A stretch of DNA of 64,000 bases from Candidatus Eiseniibacteriota bacterium (GTDB lineage Bacteria > Eisenbacteria > RBG-16-71-46 > JABDJR01), in contig CAWANH010000028.1 in the NCBI GenBank assembly GCA_963783375.1, positions 1,920,001 through 1,984,000 on the forward strand, given 5' to 3'. Made by a program: the position numbers and the translations under genes. How positions within the stretch are numbered: position 1 is the stretch's first letter; each line of letters begins with the position of its first letter. Below the pieces are notes generated by a model. The model was not told the origin of the DNA. It made no database searches and worked only from the letters and a program-made list of their open reading frames with translations. Below are positions 48,001-56,578 of the stretch, piece after piece.

Positions 48001-48313
48001 GGGCTCCGGGCTCCTGGTGCGCGGACTGGAAACGCCGTTCGGAAAGCTCAGCTACCTCATGAAGCACGACGGGAACGAGGTCACGGTACGGATCGACAAG
48101 GGGCTCCGGATCCCGCCGGGGGGGATCGTGGTGGCTCCGCCGGCGCCCGCGGGGGCGGCGGGGGTGTCGGGGGCGGAGGGCGCGGAGGGCGCGGAGGGCG
48201 CTGCCCCGCCCGCGTTCAAGGAGGCCTACGTGAACGCGAAGGCGGCGGCCTTGAGCCCCGAGGGGACGGTGGTGGTGCGCGAGGTACCGGCCACGGTGCA
48301 GTTCCGGTACTGA
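45035..48313 (+). CDS. Secreted discoidin (F5/8)-domain protein with six-hairpin glycosidase-like C-terminus
   Basis: Signal peptide, CBM-like N domain, ASAS...A.DGD..S.W F5/8 motif, Y.RSWIRDG, SISHEGY, HSYWDDFW, GDMPHTW. Confidence 0.78.
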   Translation: MRMSFRFGSARGGLGAAAGAAVLLLTALLPVRGLDAADTAPPVRVDAFDDVSAWSAHPADGVKLDIGSDAGYDGRAMRLDFQFLGGGGYAVARRKVDLDLPANYAFTFRIRGDAPPENLEFKLIDDTGENVWWFVRRDFTFPAEWTTLKTRKRQIRFAWGPAGGGEIHHVAALEIVVTAGSGGKGTVWVDDLRLRPLPPPDANPPAPVASASSEAGGHRARAAADGDPASYWAGRDSDRAPWLMLDLGESREFGGLVVDWLPGRAPAGYVVEAADEDGNWKTLAAVDSTNGGRDYLYLPDSESDRVRIRATGGVPADGVAVSELVLEPVAFSAGREVFFEAIAADAPPGIYPRGFSGQQVYWTVVGQDGDRREVLVNEDGAVGAGPGSFSLEPFVFTGGKLTTWADAGEDQSLILGALPLPSVRRRIGDLLLDATFFAAGDTGASSVVARYRLQNRGSARSTGTLYLALRPFQVNPPSQTLNNPGGCARVASIAREGRTVRVNGDREVISLTGPGGFGAASFVEGGVVADYLAHDRLPARIAVRDSFEAASAALAYPFDLGPGGAREVDVVIPLHPDSPLPPEGNDGDGVRWVRQNFDAVRGNWSAATDRVTLKLPDPTSAVTATVRAQLGYILVNRAGPAIRPGARAYRRSWIRDGSLTSTALLRLGHAGEAKEFLTWYAAHQYPNGKIPCVVDARGADPVPEHDSSGEFIYLVAEIERYTGDRALADSLYPRVLAAAAYLDSLRHVDMTPEYREGEKRAFYGILPPSISHEGYSAKPMHSYWDDFWALRGFEDAAYLAGRLGHEADRKRLTAIHDEFQKDILASIAAAMERHGIDYIPGCADLGDFDATSTTIALSPVDALNVLPRDAVDATFERYWKFFTDRRDGAAWDAFTPYELRNVGAFVRLGWRERAGELLDWFLRYQRPAGWRQWAEVVAHDERKPRFIGDMPHTWVGSDYIRSVLDMLAYERGADSTLVLGAGVQAAWIEGSGLLVRGLETPFGKLSYLMKHDGNEVTVRIDKGLRIPPGGIVVAPPAPAGAAGVSGAEGAEGAEGAAPPAFKEAYVNAKAAALSPEGTVVVREVPATVQFRY

Positions 48314-48661
48314 TCCGGAGACGGGGCCCGTGCTCGTCGGTTGCAGGCAGGCGTTGTTCCTCGGGGGAGCTCCGGGCGCGGCCGTCGGACGGGTGCACCT
48401 CCCGCTTCTCGGGCCCGTTCCCTCGAAACGTCCCCCGAACGTTTCTTCGGTCACTCCGCCGGCGCGAGGGGGCCCCGTCACCGCCTCGCCTTCGGCTCGC
48501 CGGAGCCGCCCATCGCGCCGCCGAGCCTCTCGTCGCGCGAGGTGCACGCCGTCCTCGGCCGCGACCACGTCCCTCCCGGCGCGCTGTGGCGACTCGCTCC
48601 CGTTCACATGCCGTCTTGGCCCCGTGGATACCAGAATCCCGAAGGACGTAGTCATGACAAG

Positions 48662-49246
48662 GTTCGCGATAGAGACTTCAGTGCGACCCCGGGAACGAAC
48701 CGGTCCATCCCGCGGGCGCGGACCCGAAGTTCACCCGGGTGAACTCGTGCTTCCCCGGGGAAGCAATGTTCGCGATAAAGGTGTCGCCAAGAGAGGCCCG
48801 CGCGCGTTCAGCCGTCGAGCGCGTGACCGGCCCGAGCCGGTCCATCCCGCGGACGCGGACCCGAAGTTCACCCGGGTGTACTTGTGCTTCCCCGGGGAAG
48901 CAATGTTCGCGATAAAGGTGTCGCCAAGAGAGGCCCGCGCGCGTTCATCTGTCGAGCGCGTGACCGGCCCGAGCCGGCCCATCCCGCGGGCGCGGACCCG
49001 AAGTTCACCCGGGTGAACACGCGCTTCCCCGGGGAGGCAATGTTCGCGATAAAGGTGTCGCCAAGAGAGGCCCGCGCGCGTTCATCTGTCGAGCGCGTGA
49101 CCGGCCCGAGCCGGCCCGTCCCCGGACGCGGACACGCAGCACACCAGGGCGTACCCTGAGTTCACCCGGGTTTACTCCTGCTTCCCCGGGGAAGCAATGT
49201 TCGCAATAAAGTCTTTAGTGCGAACAAAATTCACCCGGGTGAACTT
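48662..49246. repeat. 137-bp tandem repeat (3 copies plus a degenerate fourth) rich in palindromes, bracketed by inverted-repeat sites
   Basis: Units start at 48700, 48837, 48974 and 49111; each has GTTCACCCGGGTGAAC, TGCTTCCCCGGGGAAGCA and GTTCGCGATA with minor variants; full inverted sites at 48662-48687 and 49199-49225. Confidence 0.92.
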
Positions 49247-49255
49247 CGCCGCACC

Positions 49256-49561
49256 TCACCCCGCCTTGCGCAGAACCTGGACCTCGGCGACGAGACGTTC
49301 GCCCAATCGGTCCTTCTCCGTCTCGAGGTCGAAACGGACCTGCAGGTTGAGCCAGAAGCGGTCCGTGGTGCCGAAGTACCGGGCCAGCCGGAGGGCGGTG
49401 TCGGCGTTGATGCCGCGGGTGCCGTGGACAATATCATTGATCCGCCGCGGCGGTACGGAGATGTCCTTGGCCAGGCGGTACTTGCTGATTTCCAGTGGAT
49501 GGAGAAACTCCTCCAGAAGAATCTCTCCGGGGTGCGTCGGTGGGAGCTTTCTTGCCGGCAT
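49256..49561 (-). CDS. higA: HigA-family addiction module antitoxin
   Basis: HPGEIL.EEFL.PL.IS.Y.LA, ADTALRLARYFGT...FWLNLQ..FDL. Confidence 0.95.
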   Translation of the reverse strand: MPARKLPPTHPGEILLEEFLHPLEISKYRLAKDISVPPRRINDIVHGTRGINADTALRLARYFGTTDRFWLNLQVRFDLETEKDRLGERLVAEVQVLRKAG

Positions 49562-49563
49562 GA

Positions 49564-49659
49564 TCAACCCCGGTGATGGTCAACGATCTCCACGTCGTGG
49601 GCGTCTCCGCCCGCCCAACGGAAACAGACACGCCATTGATCGTTGATCCGGATGCTGTA
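49564..49659 (-). pseudogene. higB: C-terminal fragment of HigB (RelE/ParE) toxin
   Basis: YSIRINDQWRVCFRW..GDA.DVEIVDHH*; no start codon, only about 24 nt from the GH1 stop. Confidence 0.85.
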
Positions 49660-49682
49660 GCGCGTTTTCCGGGCGCCCGTGC

Positions 49683-51068
49683 CTACTCGTCCAGCGCCGC
49701 GCCGTGGGTCGCGATGACCCGCCGGTAGAAGTCCGCGCTCGACTTCAACGTCCGCTCCCCGGTGGCGTGGTTCACGTGGATCAGGCCGAAGCGCATGGAG
49801 GTGCCGAGCGCCCACTCCACGTTGTCGAGGAGCGACCAGGCGAAGTAGCCGCGGACGTCGGCGCCCTGCCGGATGGCCTCGTGGAGGGCGCGCAGGTGGC
49901 TCCGGAGATACGCCGTGCGGCGGGGATCGTCGACCCGGCCCCCCGCCGCCACCGGCGGGTCCGGAAACGCCGCCCCGTTCTCGGTGATGTAGAGGGGGCG
50001 GTCGCCGTAGCGCTCCTTCACCCACAGGAGGACGTCGGTGAAGCTCGGGGGGTATACCTCCCAGCCGATGTCGGTGACCTCGATCCCGGGCTGGCGGACC
50101 GGTCGCGCGGGAACCGGCCGGGTCGTCGGGTCGTGAGCCACCACCGCGCGGGTGTAGTAGTTCACCCCCAGGAAGTCCACCGGCTCGCCGATCAGCGCGA
50201 AGTCCTCGGGGGAGTAATCGACCCAGGCCTCGCCGTAGATCCCGGGCAGCTCCTCCGGGTTCCTCCCCAGGAACACCGGGTCCAGGAACTGCCGGTTCAT
50301 GTAGGCGTCGGCGAGCGCGGTGGCCCGAAGGTCCTCCGGCGACTCCGAAGCCGGGAGCTTGGGCTCCAGGTTCACCACCAGGCCGATCCGCCCTGACGAT
50401 TCCGACCGGAACGCCTGGACCGCGGCGCCGTGGGCGCGGAGGAGATTCCGGGCGGCCCGCGCCGCCTCGAAGAGACTCCGGTGGCCCGGGGCGTGGACGC
50501 CGTGGAGGTAGCCGGCGTCGACCACCACCCAGGGCTCGTTCAGGGTCATCCACCCCTTCACCCGGTCGCCCAGGGCCCGTGCCACGGTCAGGGTGTAGTC
50601 GGCGAACCACGAGGCGACGTCGGGATTGAGCCAGCCTCCGCGATCGTCCAGCGCCGCGGGGAGGTCCCAGTGGTAGAGGGTCGCCCAGGGCTCGATCCCC
50701 CGCTCGAGGAGCCCGTCCACCAGCCGGTCGTAGAAACCCAATCCGGCGAGGTTGACCGCGCCGCGGCCCTCCGGGAACACCCGGGCCCAGGCGATCGAGA
50801 ACCGGTAGGCGTCGAGGCCGAGCCCGCCCATGAGCGCCACGTCTTCCGGCCAGCGGTGGTAGTGGTCGCAGGCGCGGTCGCCGGTCTCGCCGTTTCGGGT
50901 CATGCCGGGGGTGTGGGAGAAGCGGTGCCAGATGCTGGGGCCGGCCCCGTCGGCCAGGGGGGAGCCCTCGATCTGATAGGCCGAGGTGGCCGCCCCCCAG
51001 AGAAACCCTTCGGGGAAGCGGCCCGCCGCCGCTCCGGCCGAACCGGGATCGTTTGCTTCCGGGCCCAC
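49683..51068 (-). CDS. Beta-glucosidase GH1
   Basis: FLWGAATSAYQIEG, TLNEP, ITENG catalytic motifs. Confidence 0.95.
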   Translation of the reverse strand: MGPEANDPGSAGAAAGRFPEGFLWGAATSAYQIEGSPLADGAGPSIWHRFSHTPGMTRNGETGDRACDHYHRWPEDVALMGGLGLDAYRFSIAWARVFPEGRGAVNLAGLGFYDRLVDGLLERGIEPWATLYHWDLPAALDDRGGWLNPDVASWFADYTLTVARALGDRVKGWMTLNEPWVVVDAGYLHGVHAPGHRSLFEAARAARNLLRAHGAAVQAFRSESSGRIGLVVNLEPKLPASESPEDLRATALADAYMNRQFLDPVFLGRNPEELPGIYGEAWVDYSPEDFALIGEPVDFLGVNYYTRAVVAHDPTTRPVPARPVRQPGIEVTDIGWEVYPPSFTDVLLWVKERYGDRPLYITENGAAFPDPPVAAGGRVDDPRRTAYLRSHLRALHEAIRQGADVRGYFAWSLLDNVEWALGTSMRFGLIHVNHATGERTLKSSADFYRRVIATHGAALDE

Positions 51069-51072
51069 GCGC

Positions 51073-54000
51073 CTATCCTCCCGCCGCCGACGGGCCGAGA
51101 ACGATCTCCACCCGGTGCAGGCCGCCGTCCCGGACGAGCGGCACGCGGGCCGCGCCACCACGGATTGGCGCCTCGACCCCGTCCATCTCCGCCGAGACCA
51201 CTCCGCCGTCCGCACCGCCGGAACGGCTCACCGAAACCTCGTAGCGGGTTTCGTCCCCCGGGAGCCGGAACGCGGCCTCGAACCCCGGCCAGTCCCCGGG
51301 GATGCAAGGGGACGCCACCAGGGTGTTTCCGTCCTCGACCCGGAGCCCGAGCACCGATTCCAGGGCCACCCTGAGCATCCAGCCCGACGACCCGGTGTAC
51401 CAGGTCCAACCGCCGCGCCCCACGTGGGGCGGTGCGCCGTAGACGTCGGCTGCGATCACGTAGGGCTCCACCCGGTAGCGCTCAACCGCCTCCGGGGTGA
51501 GGGCGTGGTTCACCGGGTTCAGGAGATCCAGGAACCGGGCGGCGCGGTCGCTTCGCCCCAGCTCCGCCTCGGCCCGGACCACCCAGAGGGCGGCATGGGT
51601 GTACTGGCCACCGTTTTCCCGCACCCCGGGAATATATCCCTTGATATAACCCGGATCCTTCGGGGTGCGGTCGAAGGGCGGGGCGAGGAGGCGGATCAGG
51701 CCGTCGTCCTCCGAGATCAGCTCCCGCTCCACCGCGTCCATGGCCCGGTCCGCCCGCTCCGGGGGGGCCTCGCCGGAGATCACCGCCCAGGCCTGGGCCA
51801 GGGCGTCGATCCGGCACTCGTCGTTCTCCCGGGAGCCCAGGGGTTCGCCGTCGTCGTAGTAGGCCCGCCGGTACCACCCACCGTCCCAGCCCGCGCTCTC
51901 CAGGGCCGCGGCGACCTGCTCCCGGTAGGCGCGGTAGCGCTCGACCCGCGCGGCGTCCCGGCGATCCTCGCAGAAGGGAAGAAAGTCGCCCAGCACCCGG
52001 TGGAGGAAGAACCCCATCCACACGCTCTCCCCCCGCCCTTCGCGCCCCACCCGGTTCATGCCGTCGTTCCAGTCGCCGGTGCCGAAGAGGGGAAGGCCGT
52101 GGGGGCCGCGGGTGAGCGCCCGGTCCAGGGCGCGGCAGCCGTGTTCGTACACGTCGGCGGTCTCCCCCGAGAGCTCCGGGCGAAGGTAGGCTTCGTCCTC
52201 TCCGGGGGCCAGGGTCCGCGCGGTGAGAAAAGGAGCCGGCTCGTCCAGGAGGCTGCGGTCCCCGGTGGTTCGGACGTAATGGGCGGTGAGATAGGGGAGC
52301 CAGACCAGGTCGTCGGCGAAACGGGTGCGGATGCCGCGGCTCCGGGGGGGATGCCACCAGTGAAGGACGTCGCCCTCCACGAACTGGTGCGCGGCCCCGA
52401 GGAGCACCTGGTCGCGAAGCAACTCCGGCCACCACGGGGTGAGGGCGCCGGCGTCCTGGAGCTGGTCCCGGAAGCCGAAGGCCCCGCCGGACTGATAGAA
52501 GGCGGTCCTCCCGCGGATCCGGCAGGCCAGGGTCTGGTAGGCGAGCCATCCGTTCACCATCAGGTCCAGGGCCGGGGAGGGGGTTTCGATCCGGACCCGG
52601 GAGAGTCCCTCGCGCCAGAAGGCGCGGACCCGGTCCAGCTCCGCCCGCGCGGTCCCGATGTCGCCGAAGCGTTCGAGGAGCGCCCGCGTCTCGGCAGCAT
52701 CGCGCCCCTCACCGAGGAGAAAAGCGACCTCGATCTCCGCGTCCGGGGCGAGGTCCAGGCTGAGCTTCCGGGCGAAGCAGGGGTCGAGTCCCGCGCCGGT
52801 CCGCGGTTCCAGATCGCCGCCCACCACCGCGGCGGGCCGGGCGGGATCCCCGCCGGAGCCGAGGAACGCCCGGCGGTCGCCGCTCGCTCGTTCCTCGCGA
52901 ACCGGAGCCGAGGCCGCCGCCGCGTCGAACGCCACCGCGTCCGCCCACGGACCGGCGGCGGGGTTCCGGGCCAGGAGAGCGCGGGAATCCGGGTCGCTTT
53001 CGGTGATCACGAACCGCGCGGTCACCGCGGGCAGCCCGCCCAGGACCAGGCGGCGGTAGGCGAAGAGCGACAAGCGCCGGGGGCGTCCGCTCCGGTTGGC
53101 GATCCGGACCAGGGTGATCTTGACCGGGGCCTCGGCGGCGACGAACACCGAGGTCCGGTGCGCGAGCCCGGCGTGGGAGAGCGAGAAGCGCGACCCCCCG
53201 AACCCGTGCCGGACCTCGTAGGCCGCGGGAGCCGGCGCCGGACCGGGGAGGGGCGACCAGAAGGCCCCGGTATCCTCGTCGCGAACGTAGAACGCCTCGT
53301 CGTGGGGATCGAGGAGCGGATCGTTGGACCAGGGGGTGAGCCGGTGCTCGCGGCTGTTGCCGCTCCAGGTGGTCCCGGCGCCGGTTTCGCTCACCAGGGC
53401 GCCGAAGCGGTCGTTGGCCAGGACGTTGATCCAGGGAAGGGGAGGGAGCCTGAGGGTTCCGTCGTCCCGGGGGGTGAGACGGATCACGTACTCGTCCCCG
53501 TGGGAGCTGAACCCGCCGGTGCCGTTCCAGAAGCGAAGGGCCTCGGGGGATTCCGCCGGGCCGCCGGCTTCCCTCGGGCCGCCGCCTCCCGTCGGGCCGT
53601 CTGCTTCCGCCGGGCCCCCGGCGGGCGGGTCGCCGAACCTGCCGGCGATCTTCGCCGAGTCTCCGGCCGCCGCTTCGGTCCCGTATCCCGGCTCCGCCTT
53701 CAACCGCTCCAACCCCGGCCACGACGCATCCACGATCGCGGCCGCCGCTCGCCGGAGGAGCGCCAGCCGATCGGGAGAGAGCTCTCCGGCCGGGAACCGG
53801 TGAATGCCGACCGGGTCGCCGGGGGCGGGAACCGTCGAGGCCTCGGAGGAGACGATCACCAGATCGATGGGGAGGCCGAGAGCCGCCCAGTACCGGCGGG
53901 CTCGCACCATCTCCTCCACGCGGTCCCCCCGAACCAGGACGAACCGCGCTTGGGGAGAGAGGCCGAATGCGCTGAGAGTGTCCAGATCGAGCGGCCCCGG

Positions 54001-54990
54001 CGGCGACTCGCCCTGTCCGGCGCGGAGCCCGGGATCGCCGGCAAGGTTCCTCGCGGCCAGGGCCTCGAAGCGGTGAGCCTCGGTCGCGGTGAGTCCGCAG
54101 GCCGCGAACCGATCCTCCTCCGCCCGGGCCGCCGCCTCCAGTTCGTCCTCGAACGTCCCGAGCGCATCCACCAGGTCCAGGGTACGGTCGCGATCCTCGG
54201 CCGCACCGAGAAGATAGACCACGGCGCCGGTCCCGCCGGGGGGAAGGTCCACGGAGACCCGAAGGCTCACGATGGGATCGAGCACGCTCCCGGTGGTCCC
54301 GGAGAGCGGCCCCTCGGACACCAGCGCCTCCGGGGCGCGAAGGCTCCGCCCCCGTCCCACGAACCGGACCCGGTCGGTCTCGTGTTCCACCGTCCCCCCG
54401 CCGGCCACCGCGTGGACCAGCCAGGGGTGCCGTTCCCCGTTCTCCCGCGGCCGGCGGCGGACCACCAGCGCCCGGCGATCGGGGACCGCCTCGGTCTGAA
54501 GGAAGAGCTTGGAGAACGCGGGATGGGCGGCATGGGCCGCGGGGAGGTTGAGGACGACTTCGGCGTAGCTCGTGAGCTCGATCCGGCGGGGCCGGCGCGA
54601 GCGATTGGTCAACGTCACCCGCCGGAGTTCGGCGCTCCGGTTCGCTGAGACCAGGACCTCGAGCCGGCAGTCGATCCCGTCGCCGTTCCGGGTGATCTCG
54701 TAGCCCCCGGGAATGCGCCGGGCCCGGTAGCCTTCGGGCGCCCGCCCGGGGGGCCGGAAGCCCGCCGGCCACACCGCTCCCGAGTCCAGATCGCGGAGGT
54801 ACACCATGAGGCCGCCGGCGCCCCCGACCGGGTCCGCGTCTCCGGCGGTCAGGGCCCGGTCCCCGTAGGCCGAGAAACCGGTTCCAGCCGGGGTGAGGAG
54901 CACCCGGTAATCGCCGTTTCCGAGGATGCCCGGAGCCGGGGCCGGTTCTGCCGGGGTCCACGTTCCGGGGAATGAAGCACCACCGTCCAT
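51073..54990 (-). CDS. GH94 glycoside phosphorylase resembling the C-terminal domain of cyclic beta-1,2-glucan synthase
   Basis: Two GH94 N-terminal beta-sandwiches (ELTSYAEVVL..HPAFSKLF; PWINVLAN..FG), FYQSGGAFGFRDQLQD, GDWNDGMN, RENGGQYTHAA. Confidence 0.9.
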   Translation of the reverse strand: MDGGASFPGTWTPAEPAPAPGILGNGDYRVLLTPAGTGFSAYGDRALTAGDADPVGGAGGLMVYLRDLDSGAVWPAGFRPPGRAPEGYRARRIPGGYEITRNGDGIDCRLEVLVSANRSAELRRVTLTNRSRRPRRIELTSYAEVVLNLPAAHAAHPAFSKLFLQTEAVPDRRALVVRRRPRENGERHPWLVHAVAGGGTVEHETDRVRFVGRGRSLRAPEALVSEGPLSGTTGSVLDPIVSLRVSVDLPPGGTGAVVYLLGAAEDRDRTLDLVDALGTFEDELEAAARAEEDRFAACGLTATEAHRFEALAARNLAGDPGLRAGQGESPPGPLDLDTLSAFGLSPQARFVLVRGDRVEEMVRARRYWAALGLPIDLVIVSSEASTVPAPGDPVGIHRFPAGELSPDRLALLRRAAAAIVDASWPGLERLKAEPGYGTEAAAGDSAKIAGRFGDPPAGGPAEADGPTGGGGPREAGGPAESPEALRFWNGTGGFSSHGDEYVIRLTPRDDGTLRLPPLPWINVLANDRFGALVSETGAGTTWSGNSREHRLTPWSNDPLLDPHDEAFYVRDEDTGAFWSPLPGPAPAPAAYEVRHGFGGSRFSLSHAGLAHRTSVFVAAEAPVKITLVRIANRSGRPRRLSLFAYRRLVLGGLPAVTARFVITESDPDSRALLARNPAAGPWADAVAFDAAAASAPVREERASGDRRAFLGSGGDPARPAAVVGGDLEPRTGAGLDPCFARKLSLDLAPDAEIEVAFLLGEGRDAAETRALLERFGDIGTARAELDRVRAFWREGLSRVRIETPSPALDLMVNGWLAYQTLACRIRGRTAFYQSGGAFGFRDQLQDAGALTPWWPELLRDQVLLGAAHQFVEGDVLHWWHPPRSRGIRTRFADDLVWLPYLTAHYVRTTGDRSLLDEPAPFLTARTLAPGEDEAYLRPELSGETADVYEHGCRALDRALTRGPHGLPLFGTGDWNDGMNRVGREGRGESVWMGFFLHRVLGDFLPFCEDRRDAARVERYRAYREQVAAALESAGWDGGWYRRAYYDDGEPLGSRENDECRIDALAQAWAVISGEAPPERADRAMDAVERELISEDDGLIRLLAPPFDRTPKDPGYIKGYIPGVRENGGQYTHAALWVVRAEAELGRSDRAARFLDLLNPVNHALTPEAVERYRVEPYVIAADVYGAPPHVGRGGWTWYTGSSGWMLRVALESVLGLRVEDGNTLVASPCIPGDWPGFEAAFRLPGDETRYEVSVSRSGGADGGVVSAEMDGVEAPIRGGAARVPLVRDGGLHRVEIVLGPSAAGG

Positions 54991-55133
54991 GCGTGGCAAC
55001 TGTACTCGGGCGGGAGACGGTTTGGAAGCGCCATGACCCGGGAACCGGGAACCCGGCCCGTCCCGGAGGCTCCCGCGGACTCCGCTTCCGCTCTCGAGCC
55101 GGCGCCCTTTTCTCCCCCGGACCGATCCCGCCC

Positions 55134-55169
55134 TTGACAGCGAGGTGGTGTCTATGTAACCGTTTACAT
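55134..55169 (+). promoter_or_regulatory. Sigma70 -35 box and LacI-family operator
   Basis: TTGACA at 55134; near-palindrome ATGTAACCGTTTACAT at 55154-55169 between divergent GH94 and LacI genes. Confidence 0.8.
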
Positions 55170-55259
55170 CGTCTCGCAACGTCCTGCCGACTGTGCGTCC
55201 CGACCGGGGCGCATCCGGAGTATCCGGGGGGGGGCCCGGCTCCAGAACGAGGAGTCGTC

Positions 55260-56504
55260 GTGGTAACGATCCGGGATGTGGCCCGGGCCGCTGGCGTGTC
55301 CATCGCCACCGTGTCCCGCGTCCTGAACGGCAGTTCCAAGGTCAACGCCGACACCCGCCGCCGTGTCCATGAGGCGGCGGCCAAGTTGGACTATTGGCCG
55401 AACGGCGCCGCCCGGAGCCTCACCTCCAGCCGGACCCACACCCTGGGCATTCTCCTCCCCGACCTCTTCGGGGAATTCTTCTCCGAGGTCATCCGCGGCA
55501 TCGACCACGCCGCGCGGCGGGAGAAGCTCCAGGTCCTGGTCTCGGGCTCCCACGCCGACACCGAGGCCATGCTCACCGCCGCGCGATCCATGCGCGGCCG
55601 CATCGACGGGCTCATCGCCATGGCCCCCGAAAAGGGTTCCGGCGAAGCCATCGAGCGCATCGCCCGGCAGTTTCCGCTCGTCCTCATGAGCCCCCGGGTC
55701 GCGCTCCCCGGGGTGAGTTCGATCTCCATCGCCAACTACGAAGGGGCCTACGCCCTGGTGGACCATCTCCTGGGGATCGGGCACACGGAGATCGCCATGC
55801 TGAAGGGCCCGCCGGGGAACGTGGACGCCGAGGAGCGTCTCCGGGGCTACCGGGAAGCGATGCATCGGCCCGATCTCGGCTCCCGCGCCGACCTGGAGAT
55901 CGCGGGCGACTTTACCGAGTCCTCGGGATATCAGGCCGCCTTCGAAATACTCCGGCGCCGTCCCCACCCCACCGCCCTCTTCGCCGCCAACGACAACATG
56001 GCCCTTGGATTTCTGAGCGCGATGAGCGACCTCGGGGTCGAAGTTCCTCACGAGATGGCGGTTACCGGTTTCGACGACATTGCCATCGCCCAGTACCTGA
56101 AACCCCCGCTCACCACGGTCCGGGTGGACGCCTACGCCTTTGGCGAGCGCGCGGTCGAACTGTGGAGCGCCGCCACCAGGGTCGAATCCCCCAAAACCGA
56201 ACTTCGGGAGGTCATCCCTGCTACTCTGGTGGTGCGGGACTCGTGCGGGAGCGGAAACGCGGAATCGAGAGGGGGAAACGGGCGCCGGGGATCGTCGGCG
56301 AAGTCCGCCCTGGTCCGAAACGGCGGCCGGGGGATGGAGGCGACCTCCGTTCGCAAACGCTCGGTGCTGCTTCGCTCGGATGGTCGTCGCGTCGACGGGA
56401 ACCGGGATGCGGCCGGGCGGGCCGGAGGCCTCGAGGCCGCGGCCCAGGACGCCCTCACCCCGGTCAAGGCCCGGACCAACCGGCGGCGCGGAAACGGAGA
56501 CTGA
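55260..56504 (+). CDS. LacI-family transcriptional regulator
   Basis: TIRDVARAAGVSIATVSRVLN, ARSL, ND.MA.G, GFDD, PPLTTV. Confidence 0.95.
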   Translation: MVTIRDVARAAGVSIATVSRVLNGSSKVNADTRRRVHEAAAKLDYWPNGAARSLTSSRTHTLGILLPDLFGEFFSEVIRGIDHAARREKLQVLVSGSHADTEAMLTAARSMRGRIDGLIAMAPEKGSGEAIERIARQFPLVLMSPRVALPGVSSISIANYEGAYALVDHLLGIGHTEIAMLKGPPGNVDAEERLRGYREAMHRPDLGSRADLEIAGDFTESSGYQAAFEILRRRPHPTALFAANDNMALGFLSAMSDLGVEVPHEMAVTGFDDIAIAQYLKPPLTTVRVDAYAFGERAVELWSAATRVESPKTELREVIPATLVVRDSCGSGNAESRGGNGRRGSSAKSALVRNGGRGMEATSVRKRSVLLRSDGRRVDGNRDAAGRAGGLEAAAQDALTPVKARTNRRRGNGD

Positions 56505-56578
56505 TTGGACATGAACCCGGCAGGATCGCTCGCGTCATTGCACCATGAAGGAACGCCTATCAAGCAGGAGATCCAACC

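Noticed and set aside
48173-48199. 9-bp tandem repeat GCGGAGGGC x3
   Set aside because: In-frame low-complexity linker (AEG repeats) with no evidence of function.
42854-48313. 1819-aa giant ORF as a real fusion protein
   Set aside because: The middle section is off-frame permease 2 with Pro/Arg/Gly-rich junk; explained by one missing base near 44200.
48700-49246. CRISPR array
   Set aside because: The sequences between palindromes are near-identical rather than unique spacers, the period is 137 bp, and there are no cas genes.
48330-49646. ORFs 48330..49016, 48884..49159 and 49197..49646 as proteins
   Set aside because: They are translations of the non-coding repeat; the 137-bp period is not a multiple of 3.
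44996-54648. Long antisense ORFs (44996..48655, 50986..54648 and similar throughout, e.g. 58444..61017, 61161..63629)
   Set aside because: Shadow ORFs expected from GC-rich codon usage opposite well-supported genes.
51073-54990. Cyclic beta-1,2-glucan synthase (NdvB/Cgs)
   Set aside because: No GT84 or transmembrane region; only the phosphorylase part is present.
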